Source: Eledone cirrhosa
Lineage: Eukaryota
Length of the DNA: 64,000 nucleotides
Reading direction: 5' to 3'
NCBI GenBank assembly: GCA_964016885.1
Contig: OZ024740.1
Coordinates: 134,044,001-134,108,000, forward strand
The translations under genes and the position numbers were made by a program. Below are positions 1-10,921 of this stretch, piece by piece (the stretch's first letter is position 1; each line of letters starts with the position of its first letter). Under the pieces are notes generated by a model. That model searched no databases, was not told the DNA's origin, and saw only the letters and a program-made list of their open reading frames with translations.

Positions 1-2760
1 AGTTGAGGGCCTGAAGTTATCTATGTTCTCGTCCTTCCTCACCAGCGTGAATACGCCCTTGGTCACAGAACTGGGAATTCTCCCGTTATGTTTCCAGTTG
101 CAGTAGACCGCCTCGAGGAGATCGGAGCACAAGTTCGGCATCGCTACATAAAGTTCGTATGGTAAACCATCGAGACCGGGAGATTTGCGTTTACCGCATA
201 GGCTCAGCGCTTCCCCTATTTCAGCGGCTGAAATCGGCCTTTCGCAGAACTTAGCCTCCCCGTCCGAGTGCCGCGGCTACCGTCGAGGTATGGACCGAAA
301 TCCATGGCCTCACCCGGCCCGCCGCCCCTCTCAAACAGTCGTACAAAGCGCCGTTGAAAGGCCGTGCACATCCGCTCAGGTTCAAGGATCACGCGTTCAT
401 CTTGGTCCTTCAAAGACCACTTTTTGCCTCTATCACTCGGGCCCAGCTAACAGCTTTGGCTCCCTCGTTACCCAGAGCACGTATTTTACTCCTGACAACA
501 CATCCCTCGTGCTTCGCGTCAAAGAACTGGTCTATGGCCGTTCTTGACGCTAGCACGCCGGCCACGTTGCTCCTCCTAATCGCCTCTTCTACACTATCTA
601 TCAATTCCCTTTCAGTTAAATTCCTATCTGATGCTAATTCCTGAATAAAACCTATCGATTCTATTCTGTCTCTCTTGAGATACCCCACCACCTGCTGTTG
701 ACAATTGCCCCCGTCAACCGCTGCTTAACTAGATAACTAATCCGCTTACTGTAAGCTTTGTTTGTCGGTAAGGACAAGTTTAGCTTCCAGTAACCGGGTC
801 CTTGTTTATGGGTTCTATCAAGGTTGACCAATCCGGTCACCAACTTGTGATCCGAATAGTCAAGCATGAACATTCGTGGACAGCTTAATATGTCCCTATC
901 CTTATTTCTAACTTGGAACCTGTCAAGGTACGACCTAGATGTTCCGCTGCGATTAGTCCAGGTCCACAGTGGCACAGTCGGAAAATCTAGTCGATATCTA
1001 TCGGCCAGATCAAATCGGCCAATTAACCGTTTGAGGCTGTTACACCCCTTTCGGTTTCCACCGAAGGGTCTTTGTCTAAAGTTTGCACAAGTGTTTTGTT
1101 GTTTGTGTTGATGTATGTGTACTGTTTTTGTTGTGTTGTGTTTGTGTTTGGTTGTTGTTCTTGTGTGTGTTTGCGTTTTGTAGTATGTGTTATGTTTTCG
1201 GGAGGGGTGGATTTTTTTGTTTGTGATGTTTGTTCTGTTTGTGCTAGTGGTTGTGTGTTTGTTGCATTTTTGTTGATTTGGTGCCTTCTTTTCTTTCTTT
1301 TTACAGGTTGAAAGGGTTCTCTCTCGTCGTCACTAGGTGACGTTGATAAGAGGTCCTCATCCGTGTTGTTGGGGAGGGGTATATTTTGGGGTTTTGTTGT
1401 GGTTGCTTTTGTATTTGTTTTAGGTGGGGAGAGGTTGGGTGGGACAGTGTCTTGTGTTATTATTTTTTCGTGTTGTTGATGTTGTTGTGGTGGTGGTGGT
1501 TGTGTTGTTGTGTGTGGGGTGGGGCATTTAAAAGGGGATAGGAAGCCCTCAGGTGACCACTTCTTGAACAGTGGTAGCATGAAGGACGCCTGCCCTCAAC
1601 AGAAATGTTTATGAAGGCGACTCCATCTAGGGACACACGCTGCGGTATTCTTGCTATCCGTTCTGGTCTCATTTGGGCCAGAACTTCAAGGCTATTGCCG
1701 CCGAATACGCCCCCGGTGGATTCGCCTATCGAAATGATTGTGTCTTCATCTTCTAAGAATCCCGTTAGCACCCACCAAATGCTCGCATTTGGCCTATGCC
1801 CGAGATTCTTATCTTTTGAGTTCTTTTCCCCAAATATGTGGGGAAAAAGGTGTATGCTTTGGTTACAATTGGCGACACACAATATTTCCGTGCCGCCAAT
1901 TCATCTTGCATTAAAACAGATATGTTTCCATACAGTTTCCCTTTCTGTATGAAAGCGATATCCTTCCAGGTACTACTTAGGACCAGCTCAATTTCGCTTT
2001 TGGACAATTGAGCCGGTTTCCTAGTCGCGTTCGAAACTGCCCTAAAAATTACGGTTCTGAGGACTGTGTCCCTTCTAATTTCTTCGGGGGGGGGGGGGGG
2101 ATTGTGAATTCCCCACCTTCCCCGAAACTTACACAATTCCTTACTTCTTTCAGCAATTTCTTGGCATTCGAGATGTCCAGTGCCTTGTATGTCTGCGTTT
2201 CTCAGACCGCTTGTGCGAAGGAGACTGCAGTTGTGGGTCCGTTTTCTTTCGTGTTGTAATCATTGTTGTGGTTGTTATTCGTGTTGTTATGTGTTTCCTT
2301 TGTTGGTAATTATTGCTGTTGTTGGTTGTGTTGTTATTGTCAGTGTTGCTGTTGTTGGTTGTGTTGTTATTGTCATTGTTGTTCTTGTTTGTGTAATTGA
2401 TAGTTTTGGGTTTTCACCCATTTCCACAATTTTTTCTTTTGATTCCGTGGTGTCTTTTGCGGGAGTGAGGAGGGAAGGCTTACAGCGTTGTGCTGCTACC
2501 TTCTATCTATCACTTTCCTTGGAGGGCGTGGCATGCGTCGTATTAATGGCGTCCATTGTCACTAAACGACTTTTTATCGACAACTTATAACTATTAAATT
2601 TCGCCCCAAAAAGTGGCGAAATTTATTTTACCCAATGTCTGCAGGCCCAGGCGAGGGGTTAAACACAACAAATAACAAATTACTTAAACAGACCTTCCGC
2701 TTCTCGTAATAAATTCCGACAAAATGCAGGAGCGAAATAAAAACACGTCTATCTTCTCCG
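1..2760 (-). mobile_element. Degenerate Tx1/L1-clade LINE, copy A: 5'UTR, broken ORF1, internal deletion near 1050 fusing ORF1 to mid-endonuclease; runs off the window start
   Basis: Frameshifted minus-strand fragments homologous to the intact ORF1 (RRPSCYHCSRSGHLRAS) and ORF2 (YLDR, SDHKLV, PGYWKLN) at 7451-12745; the 5' end abuts (AGAT)n at 2761. Confidence 0.9.
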
Positions 2761-2837
<77 letters not shown>

Positions 2838-2865
2838 TATAGATAAATAGATAGATAGATAGATA
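2761..2865. repeat. (GATA)n/(GACA)n microsatellite between LINE copies
   Basis: Read directly. Confidence 0.97.
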
Positions 2866-4200
2866 AATTTCTTTATTAGCCACGAGGGCACAAAAGAAGG
2901 GGACAAATACAAATGGGGAGTTTACATACAGGTATGTGAAAATAAAACTATTAATAAAACAACAAATAACAATTGAAATCGCCAATAGGGGGGAGGCGTT
3001 ACACAGGGGTTGTACATACACCGAAAAGAAATGTACAACCCTCATCTCCAGGAGCACCAAGAGAGAGTACTCCCTTCCTTTCTTCCTCTTTTTCCTTAAT
3101 CTACAGGCTTATATAGAGAGAAGACCCAAACGCTCGAACCATCCTTGCCACATTCACCCACCTTTTATAAAATTTGTTGGGGTACACCACCTCTTTCTCC
3201 ATCCTGATTCTTCTTCCAAAATGATATTTGAATAAAAAAGAAACAGTGTTCGCCGGAGAGAAAGGTGTCTGACCTCAGCCCTTTTAACCTCGTCCACCAT
3301 ATAACCTCTTTCACCATAGCCATAACACATAGGAAAACCGCCTCTCCTTCGTTTTTTGAAGTAGGGTGGCGGTTTGATCATGACAATGGACTCGGTGGTC
3401 AACTGGATTGGTCCCACCCGCAACAATAGTCGTTCTAAATAGCTCCACAGGTCCAAAACGTTGAGTTGGTTTTCGGGTTTTGTTTGAGACTGTCCTGAAA
3501 ACCAGTTTTCAAGACAGTTTCTCTTCGCAAATCTGAGGGAGACTTTATGAAGAATTATCCGTTCTCCCCAAAAGTTACGTACTGTCTGGCGTTATTCAAA
3601 AGCTCATTTGCATTTGAAATATCCACAGGAGTATAGCTTACCGTTTTCTTTACGTTTTACGCAAACGATATTTTGTCGTTTACTTCCTTGTTGCAGTTAT
3701 TGGTCTTGTTGTTGTTGTTATTGTCTTGTTGTTGGTGTTGTTTTCGTTCATAGTATGTTGTTGTTGTTGCTGGTGCCGCTGGTTGTGTTGTTTTTGTTCA
3801 TTGTTTCACACTTTTGGTTTTGGTTTTTTCGCCATGGCAACGTCAAGTTGTTGGTCAGCAGGTGAACAAAATCCTTCCTCTGGCTGAACTTTGTCTGAGA
3901 TATCTGCTACTATGACAGTGGAAGGGGGAAGCTCTAAGCATATCTTCCCCTTTCCTCCTTCGAATGTTGGTGAAAAGCTGTCGCTTCAGCCATTTTTTTA
4001 AAAAACGTTAGTTTTTACCAAAACATTTTTATGAACTATTTCGCCTAAAGGCGTAGAATATTTTGAGAGACTGACCAGATCAAAATTTGAGCTGGCAGTC
4101 CCTCTACAAATTGGTATAAAAATGAATGTTCACAGTCAAGAATTTCTATAGAAATTTAAGCAGAACTTACCCAGCAAGTTTCACGCGTGTGTCCATCCCA
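2866..4200 (-). mobile_element. Internally deleted, chimeric Tx1-type element B (about 1.33 kb): 5'UTR and ORF1 start joined near 3455 to the ORF2 C-terminus and 3'UTR
   Basis: 3100-3456 encodes GPIQLTTESIVMIKPPP (ORF2 end). 3460-4200 matches the ORF1 N-terminus and 5'UTR of copies E and F. GATA tracts lie on both sides. Confidence 0.85.
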
Positions 4201-4219
4201 GAGATAGATAGATAGATAT

Positions 4220-7085
4220 ATTTCTTTTATTTGCCACTAGGGCATCAAAAGTGGGACAAGTACAAAGGGGGGAGTTTACACAAAAAGGCGTCCTCAATAA
4301 GGAGGAGGCAATAACAAAATATAAAAATAAAATAAGATATAACAAAAAATAAAATTTTTAACAAAATCCTCAATAGAGAGGAGGCGCCTTGGGGGGTCGC
4401 ACACACCCCCGAAAAAAGTGTGCAACCCTTCTCCTCAGGAGCACAGAGAAGGGGTGCTCCCTTGGTCTTTCATCTTCCTCACCTATAGTCTGATGTAGAG
4501 TGAAGGCCCATTCACACGGGCCATTCTCGCCACTTTCACCCATCTTTCATAGAAACGGCTGGGGTGCAGCACCTCTCTCTCCATCCTGATCCTTCTTCCG
4601 AAATGATATCGGAAGAAACGGACCAGTTGTTGGCCAGAGAGAAAGGTGCCCGACCTCAGTCCTTTCAGACGCGTCCACCATACAACCTCTTTCGCCATGG
4701 CTATTACGCACAGAAACACCGCCTCTGCTTCATCTTTGAAGTGGGGAGGCGGCTTGATCATTACAATAGACTCGGTGGTCAACCGGATCGGTCCCACCCT
4801 TGACAGCAGTTGTTCGACATAGCCCCACAGATCGGCTACGCCCGAGCAGTGTACTAATGCGTGTGCAACGGTTTCCTCGTCGCACACGCATCTGGGACAG
4901 ATCTTTTTGGCGGGGTCCCTACCCGGGCGCCCGTGTCTGTAGAGCCTTTCTCGAACGGGTAAAGCCCCTCGGTAGCACTGCCAGGCCAGGGACTTCTGGA
5001 AGTTGTCCATAGGTCCCGGGCTGAATGTCCTACCGAACAGGCTGGCCAGTTCGTCCTCCTCCATGTCTAGGGCTTCTCCGAGGGCGTCGTCGCACCTGCT
5101 GCGTACCAGCCCTCTATAGAATGTTGCGGTGGAGTCTCCACTGACAACCGGATCCGCCTGCCAGAGGGCGGTGAGCGCCTGGGCACACTCAGTGTGCCAG
5201 GCGCCCAGTTTTCTCGGTCTTTGCTTGACCCAGGATTGCAGCTCGGTGAGTGAGACGAGTCTGGGAAAGGTTCGTCTCACAAACGAGGCCCACACCGGTT
5301 GTCCGGTGAGGAATACGTAGAGGTGCCGTAGCCTTAATGCGTGTTTACGCATCATTAGCCACGGCATCCCCAGCTCTCCTTTCGAAGGGTGTTGACAGCA
5401 GATGGATCTCCTCACCATAGGAGCCCGCCTCTTCCAAAGGAATTGGAAGAGCGCGCGCTCCATCTTGGTGAGGGTTTCCCTTGGGCAGGGCACTACGGTC
5501 AGGCGGTAGTAGATGACGGACGCTATGTAGGTGTTCGCCACCTCCGCCCGACCTTTCAGGGATAGTTTGCAACTGGCCCACTTCTGGGTCAGTGCAAACA
5601 CCCTGTTCGTAACCTCCGCCCAGTTTTTCTCCACCTGGAGGTCCGGTCCGAACCAGACCCCGAGCAACTTCACCGGGCCCTCCGTCCAGCGTCCGACGAC
5701 GCTATCGGAGGGCATCGGTCTGCCCCTCCACGTGCCGAGTTGCAAACCGATCGACTTGTCCCGGTTCAGCTTAGCCCCTGTGAACTTTTCGTACTCCTCC
5801 AGTAAGGTGCCGACCGCCTCGATTTCGGAGGCCGTCGACACCATTACTGTCACGTCATCGGCGTAGGCCGACACCGCTTTCCGCAAACCCGGTTCCAAAG
5901 GGATGCCCTGCAACAACTCCAACTTCCGCAGTAGTGGCTCGAGAGTCAACACATACAGAAGGGAGGAGAGAGGGCACCCTTGTCGGATGGACCGCGCGAT
6001 TTTGAACGGCTCCGAGAGGTAGCCGTTCACCTTGACCCTAGAGCAGATGCGGCTGCTGTGCATAGCAGTGATCCAGCCCCTGAAAACGGGTCCGAAGCCT
6101 GCCGCCGCTAGCACCGCATCCAGGTAACCATGGTCGACCCTATCGAACGCCTTAGATTGATCCAAGTTGATCAGAGCCCCACCAAAGCCGGGTTCGTTCC
6201 CAACCCTCTCTATGATGTATCGCATGAGGTGGAGGTTGTCATGGATGGACCTGGACGGGATAGCGCATGTCTGCGCATCTCCCACCAGGTTGCCCACGAC
6301 AAGCGCCAACCTCTTTGCTAGCACCTTGGCCAAAATCTGTAACTCTGTATTTAGCAGTGTTATGGGCCTGAAGTTACTTATTTCGTCCCCCTTGTTCTCG
6401 TCCTTCCTCACTAGCGTGACTACGCCCTTGGTCACAGTACAGGGAATTCTCCCGTTCTGTTGCCAGTTGCAGTAGACCGCCTCGAGGAGATCGGGGAACA
6501 AGTCCGGCATAGCTAGATATAATTCGTAAGGAAGACCATCGAGACCCGGGGATTTGCGTTTGCCGCATTGGCTCAGCACGTCCTCTATCTCAGCGGCCGA
6601 AATCGGCTCCTCGCAGGACTTCGCCTCCCTGTCCGAGAGGCGCGGCAGGCCGTCGAGGTATGGACCGAAGTCCACGTTCCCAACCGGCTCCCCGCCCCTC
6701 CCGAACAGTCGGGCAAAGTGCCTTTGAAAGGCCTCACACATCTGCTTAGGCTCAAGAATCGCCCGTCCATCCAGGTCTCGCAAAGACCGGATGGTGGATT
6801 TAGTTCCACTGTTGGCCTCTGTCACGCGGGCCCAGCTAACAGCTTTGGTCCCCTCGTTCCCTAGAGCACGTATTTTACTTCGGACAACGCAGCCTTCGTG
6901 CTTCGCGTCGAAAAACTGGCTCAAAGCCGTTCTCGACGCTAGCACTCTGGCCACGTCGCCGCTTCTAATTGCCTCTTCTACTCTATCTATTAGCTCCCTT
7001 TCCTTCCTATTCCTATCCGCAGCTAGAACCTTACTAAATTCTATCGAGACTACTCTAATCTCTCTCTTTAGAGATACCCACCACC
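4220..7085 (-). mobile_element. 5'-truncated Tx1-type LINE, copy C
   Basis: 3'UTR plus open ORF2 3' part, nearly identical to copy F; truncated at 7085 directly into (GATA)n. Confidence 0.93.
4483..7085 (-). CDS. 5'-truncated LINE ORF2 (RT plus C-terminal Cys/His domain, no endonuclease)
   Basis: PGLDG, FRPITLLN, DQSKAFD, QGCPLS, YADD, CPRC..H..C motifs. The ORF-track N-terminus (YLSI repeats) is only translated GATA. Confidence 0.85.
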
Positions 7086-7213
<128 letters not shown>

Positions 7214-7450
7214 ATTTCTTTATTAGCCACAGGGGCACAAAAGAAGGGGACAAATACAAAGGGGGAAATTTACATACAATAAAAACGTGTAAAATGTTAT
7301 CACAGATGGAATTTAAAAGTTAGTCGATTTTCCCCAATAGAGGGAGACAGTTTATATGGGTAACACATACCCCCGAAAAAATGTGCAACCCTCATCTCCA
7401 GGAGTACGAAGAGCTTGTACTCCTTTCCTCTCCTCCTCCTTTTCCTCAAT

Positions 7451-10400
7451 CTACAGGCTGATATAGAGAGAAGGCCCATTCACTCGGGCCATTCTCGCCA
7501 CTTTCACCCACCTTTCATAAAACTTGCTGCGGTACAGCACCTCTCTCTCCATCCTGATTCTTCTTCCAAAGTGGTATTTGAAAAAAAGAATCAGTTGTTG
7601 GCCGGAGAGAAAGGTGTCTGACCTCAGCCCTTTCAACCTTGTCCACCATACAACCTCTTTCGCCATAGCTATCACACAAAGGAAAACCGCCTCTCCTTCG
7701 TTTTTGAAGGAGGGTGGCGGTTTGATCATGACAATGGACTCGGTGGTCAACTGGATTGGTCCCACCCGCGACAATAGTCGTTCTACATATCCCCACAGGT
7801 CAGTGACGCCCGGGCAGTGTATGAATGCGTGCGCGACGGTTTCTTCGTCTCGCACGCACCTCGGACAGATCTTTTTTGCAGGGTCCCTGCCCGGGCGCCC
7901 ATGTCTGTAGAGCTTGTCTCGAACTGGTAGAGCTCCTCGGTAGCACTGCCAGGCCAGGGACTTTTGGAAGTTGTCCATCGGTCCCGGGCGGAAGGTCCTA
8001 CCGAACAGACTGGCCAGTTCATCTTCCTCCACGCCTAGAGTTTCACCGAGCGCGTCGTCGCACTTGCTGCGGACCAACCCTCTATAGAATGACGAAGTGG
8101 AGTCTCCACTGATCGCCGGGTCCGCCTGCCAGAGGGCTGTGAGCGCCTGAGCACATTCGATGTGCCAGTCGCCCATTTTCCTCGGTCTCTGCTTGACCCA
8201 GGACTGCAGCTCGGTCAGTGAGACGAGTCGTGGGAAGGCTCGCCTCACGAACGGGGCCCACACCGGTTGTCCGGTGAGGAATACGTAGAGATGCCGCAGC
8301 CTGAGCGCGTGTTTGCGCATCGTCAACCACGGCATCCCCAGCCCTCCGTTAGAAGGGTGTTGGCAGCAGATGGATCTTCTTACCAAAGGAGCCCGCCTCT
8401 TCCAAAGGAATCGGAAGAGGGCGCGCTCCATTTTGGCGAGCGTTTTGGCTGGACAAGGCACGACGGTCAAGCGGTAGTAGATGGCGGACGCTATAAAAGT
8501 GTTCGCCACCTCCGCTCGACCTTTCAAGGATAGTTTGCACTCGGCCCACTTCTGGGTGAGTGCAAACACCTTGGCCGTCACTTCGTTCCAGTTCTTCTCC
8601 ACCTGGAGGTCCGGACCAAACCAGACCCCGAGCAGCTTTACCGGTCCTTCCGTCCAGCGTCCGACGACGCCATCGGAAGGCATCGGTCTGCCTCTCCACG
8701 ATCCGAGTTGCAAACCGATGGACTTGTCCCGGTTCAGCTTCGCTCCTGTGAGACTTTCGTATTCCTTTAGTAAGGTGCCGACTTTCTCGATTTGCGAGGC
8801 GCTCGACACCATTACTGTCACGTCGTCGGCGTAGGCCGACGCCGCTTTCCGCAGTCCCGGTTCCAGAGGGATGCCCTGCAATAGCTCCAGCTTCCGCAGT
8901 AGTGGCTCGAGAGTCAGTACGTACAGAAGGGAGGAGAGAGGGCATCCCTGTCGAATGGATCGCGTAATATGGAACGGCTCCGAGAGGTAACCGTTCACCT
9001 TGACCCTTGAGCAGATGTTGCTGTTGTGCATTGCAGCAATCCAGCCCCTGAACACGGGTCCGAAGCCTGCCGCCTCGAGCACCGCATCCAGGTAACGATG
9101 GTCAACCCTATCGAAAGCCTTAGACTGATCCAAGTTGATCAGGGCCCCACCGAAGCCGGGTTTACACCCTACCCTCTCTATGATGTATCGCATGAGGTGG
9201 AGGTTGTCGTGTATGGACCTGGTCGGGATCGCGCATGTCTGCGCTTCTCCCACCAGGTTCTCGACGACAAGCGCCAGCCTCTTTGCCAACACCTTGGCCA
9301 AAATCTGTAACTCTGTGTTTAGCAGAGTTATGGGCCGAAAGTTGCCTATGTCATCCCCCTTATTCTCGTCCTTCCTGATTAGTGTGACCACGCCCCCGGT
9401 TACAGAACTGGGAATTCTCCCGTTCTGTTGCCAGTTGCAGTAGACCGCTTCCAGGAGACCGGAGAATAAGTCCGGCATTGCTACGTAAAATTCGTAGGGT
9501 AGACCGTCGAGACCTGGAGATTTGCGTTTGCCGCATTGGCTCAGCGCGTCCCCTATCTCAGTGGCTGAAATCGGCTTTTCGCAGAACTTCGCCTCGCTGT
9601 CCGAGAGTCGCGGTAGGCCGTCGAGGTATGGACCGAAATCCATAGCCTCTCCCGGCGCGCCGCTCCCCCCGAACAGCCGAGCAAAGTGCCGCTGAAAAGC
9701 CGCACACATCTGCTTCGGCTCACGTATCACGCGTCCGTTTTGGTCCTTCAAAGACCGAATCGTGGACTTGTTGCCACTTTTTGCCTCCGTCACTCGGGCC
9801 CAGCTAACAGCTTTGGCTCCCTCGTTTCCCAGAGCACGTATTTTGCTTCTGACAACGCAGCCCTCGTGCTTTGCGTCGAAGAACTGGTCCAAGGCCGTTC
9901 TCGTTGCTAGCACGCTGGCTACGTTGCCACTTCTAATAGCCTCTTCTACTTTATCTACCAGTTCCTTCTCGGTTCTATTTCTATCTAACGCTAATTCTTT
10001 ACTAAAAACTATCGAGTCTAATCTAACTGCCCTCTTGAGAGAGTACCACCATCTGTTGTTGACAATGGCCCCTGTCAAGTGCTGTTTAACTAAAGTGCTA
10101 ATCCGTCTACTGTAGGCTTTGCTTGTCGGTAACGACAAGTTCAGCTTCCAGTAGCCGGGTCCTTGTCTATGGGTTCTATCAAGGTTGGCCATGCAGGTCA
10201 CTAGTTTGTGATCCGAATAGGCAACCATGAACATTTGTGGACAGCTTAACATGTCCCTATCCTTATTTCTAACTAGAACCCTATCTAGGTACGATCTAGA
10301 TGTTCCGCTACGATTACTCCACGTCCACAGTGGCGCAGTCGGAAAATCTAGTCGATATCTATCGGCCAGGTCAAATCGGTCGATTAACTGTTTGAGGCTG

Positions 10401-10888
10401 TTACACCCCCCTTTATCGGGACATGCTCCCACATAGTCCCAACGTGCATCTAGGATTCCATTCCAGTCCCCCACTAAAAGCAAGGAGCGGGACGTTCCCA
10501 GAAAAGTCTCTAGACGTTTGAAGAAGTCTGGCCGCGGTGTCCCGGATGGGGCATATGCGGCCACCAGCCTGAACGCTCCACCTTCACTACCGTCAACGTC
10601 TAGGACCACCAGTCGACCCTCCGGGTCCAGATGTACCGTCTGTGTTACGAGGCCCAGGTGTTTCCGCAGCAAAACGGCAACTCCGCCCCCACCCCCCGGT
10701 TGACAGAGAGATGCGTAGATCTCAAAGTCATCGAAGATGGGGGCCAGCTGTCGCTCGCCGTGGATCCTGGACTCGCAAATGGCTACCACATCCAAACTGT
10801 GCGACCTGAGGTCGTTTAAGAGTTTGCCCTGTTTCCAGGGCATCCCCAGGCCGCGTACGTTCACACATCCAACTCTTATATTGGCCAT
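7451..10888 (-). CDS. LINE ORF2 polyprotein, 1145 aa: APE endonuclease, reverse transcriptase, Zn finger (Tx1-like)
   Basis: APE motifs NVRGL, CESR, LVGDWN, YLDR, SDH; linker GPGYWKLN; RT motifs PGLDG, RPITLLN, DQSKAFD, RQGCPLS, YADD; GGLG; CPRC-x8-H-x4-C. Confidence 0.96.
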   Translation of the reverse strand: MANIRVGCVNVRGLGMPWKQGKLLNDLRSHSLDVVAICESRIHGERQLAPIFDDFEIYASLCQPGGGGGVAVLLRKHLGLVTQTVHLDPEGRLVVLDVDGSEGGAFRLVAAYAPSGTPRPDFFKRLETFLGTSRSLLLVGDWNGILDARWDYVGACPDKGGCNSLKQLIDRFDLADRYRLDFPTAPLWTWSNRSGTSRSYLDRVLVRNKDRDMLSCPQMFMVAYSDHKLVTCMANLDRTHRQGPGYWKLNLSLPTSKAYSRRISTLVKQHLTGAIVNNRWWYSLKRAVRLDSIVFSKELALDRNRTEKELVDKVEEAIRSGNVASVLATRTALDQFFDAKHEGCVVRSKIRALGNEGAKAVSWARVTEAKSGNKSTIRSLKDQNGRVIREPKQMCAAFQRHFARLFGGSGAPGEAMDFGPYLDGLPRLSDSEAKFCEKPISATEIGDALSQCGKRKSPGLDGLPYEFYVAMPDLFSGLLEAVYCNWQQNGRIPSSVTGGVVTLIRKDENKGDDIGNFRPITLLNTELQILAKVLAKRLALVVENLVGEAQTCAIPTRSIHDNLHLMRYIIERVGCKPGFGGALINLDQSKAFDRVDHRYLDAVLEAAGFGPVFRGWIAAMHNSNICSRVKVNGYLSEPFHITRSIRQGCPLSSLLYVLTLEPLLRKLELLQGIPLEPGLRKAASAYADDVTVMVSSASQIEKVGTLLKEYESLTGAKLNRDKSIGLQLGSWRGRPMPSDGVVGRWTEGPVKLLGVWFGPDLQVEKNWNEVTAKVFALTQKWAECKLSLKGRAEVANTFIASAIYYRLTVVPCPAKTLAKMERALFRFLWKRRAPLVRRSICCQHPSNGGLGMPWLTMRKHALRLRHLYVFLTGQPVWAPFVRRAFPRLVSLTELQSWVKQRPRKMGDWHIECAQALTALWQADPAISGDSTSSFYRGLVRSKCDDALGETLGVEEDELASLFGRTFRPGPMDNFQKSLAWQCYRGALPVRDKLYRHGRPGRDPAKKICPRCVRDEETVAHAFIHCPGVTDLWGYVERLLSRVGPIQLTTESIVMIKPPPSFKNEGEAVFLCVIAMAKEVVWWTRLKGLRSDTFLSGQQLILFFKYHFGRRIRMEREVLYRSKFYERWVKVARMARVNGPSLYISL

Positions 10889-10921
10889 GTTGGTGCTGAA
10901 AAGTTAAAAGAGGAAAAGAGA

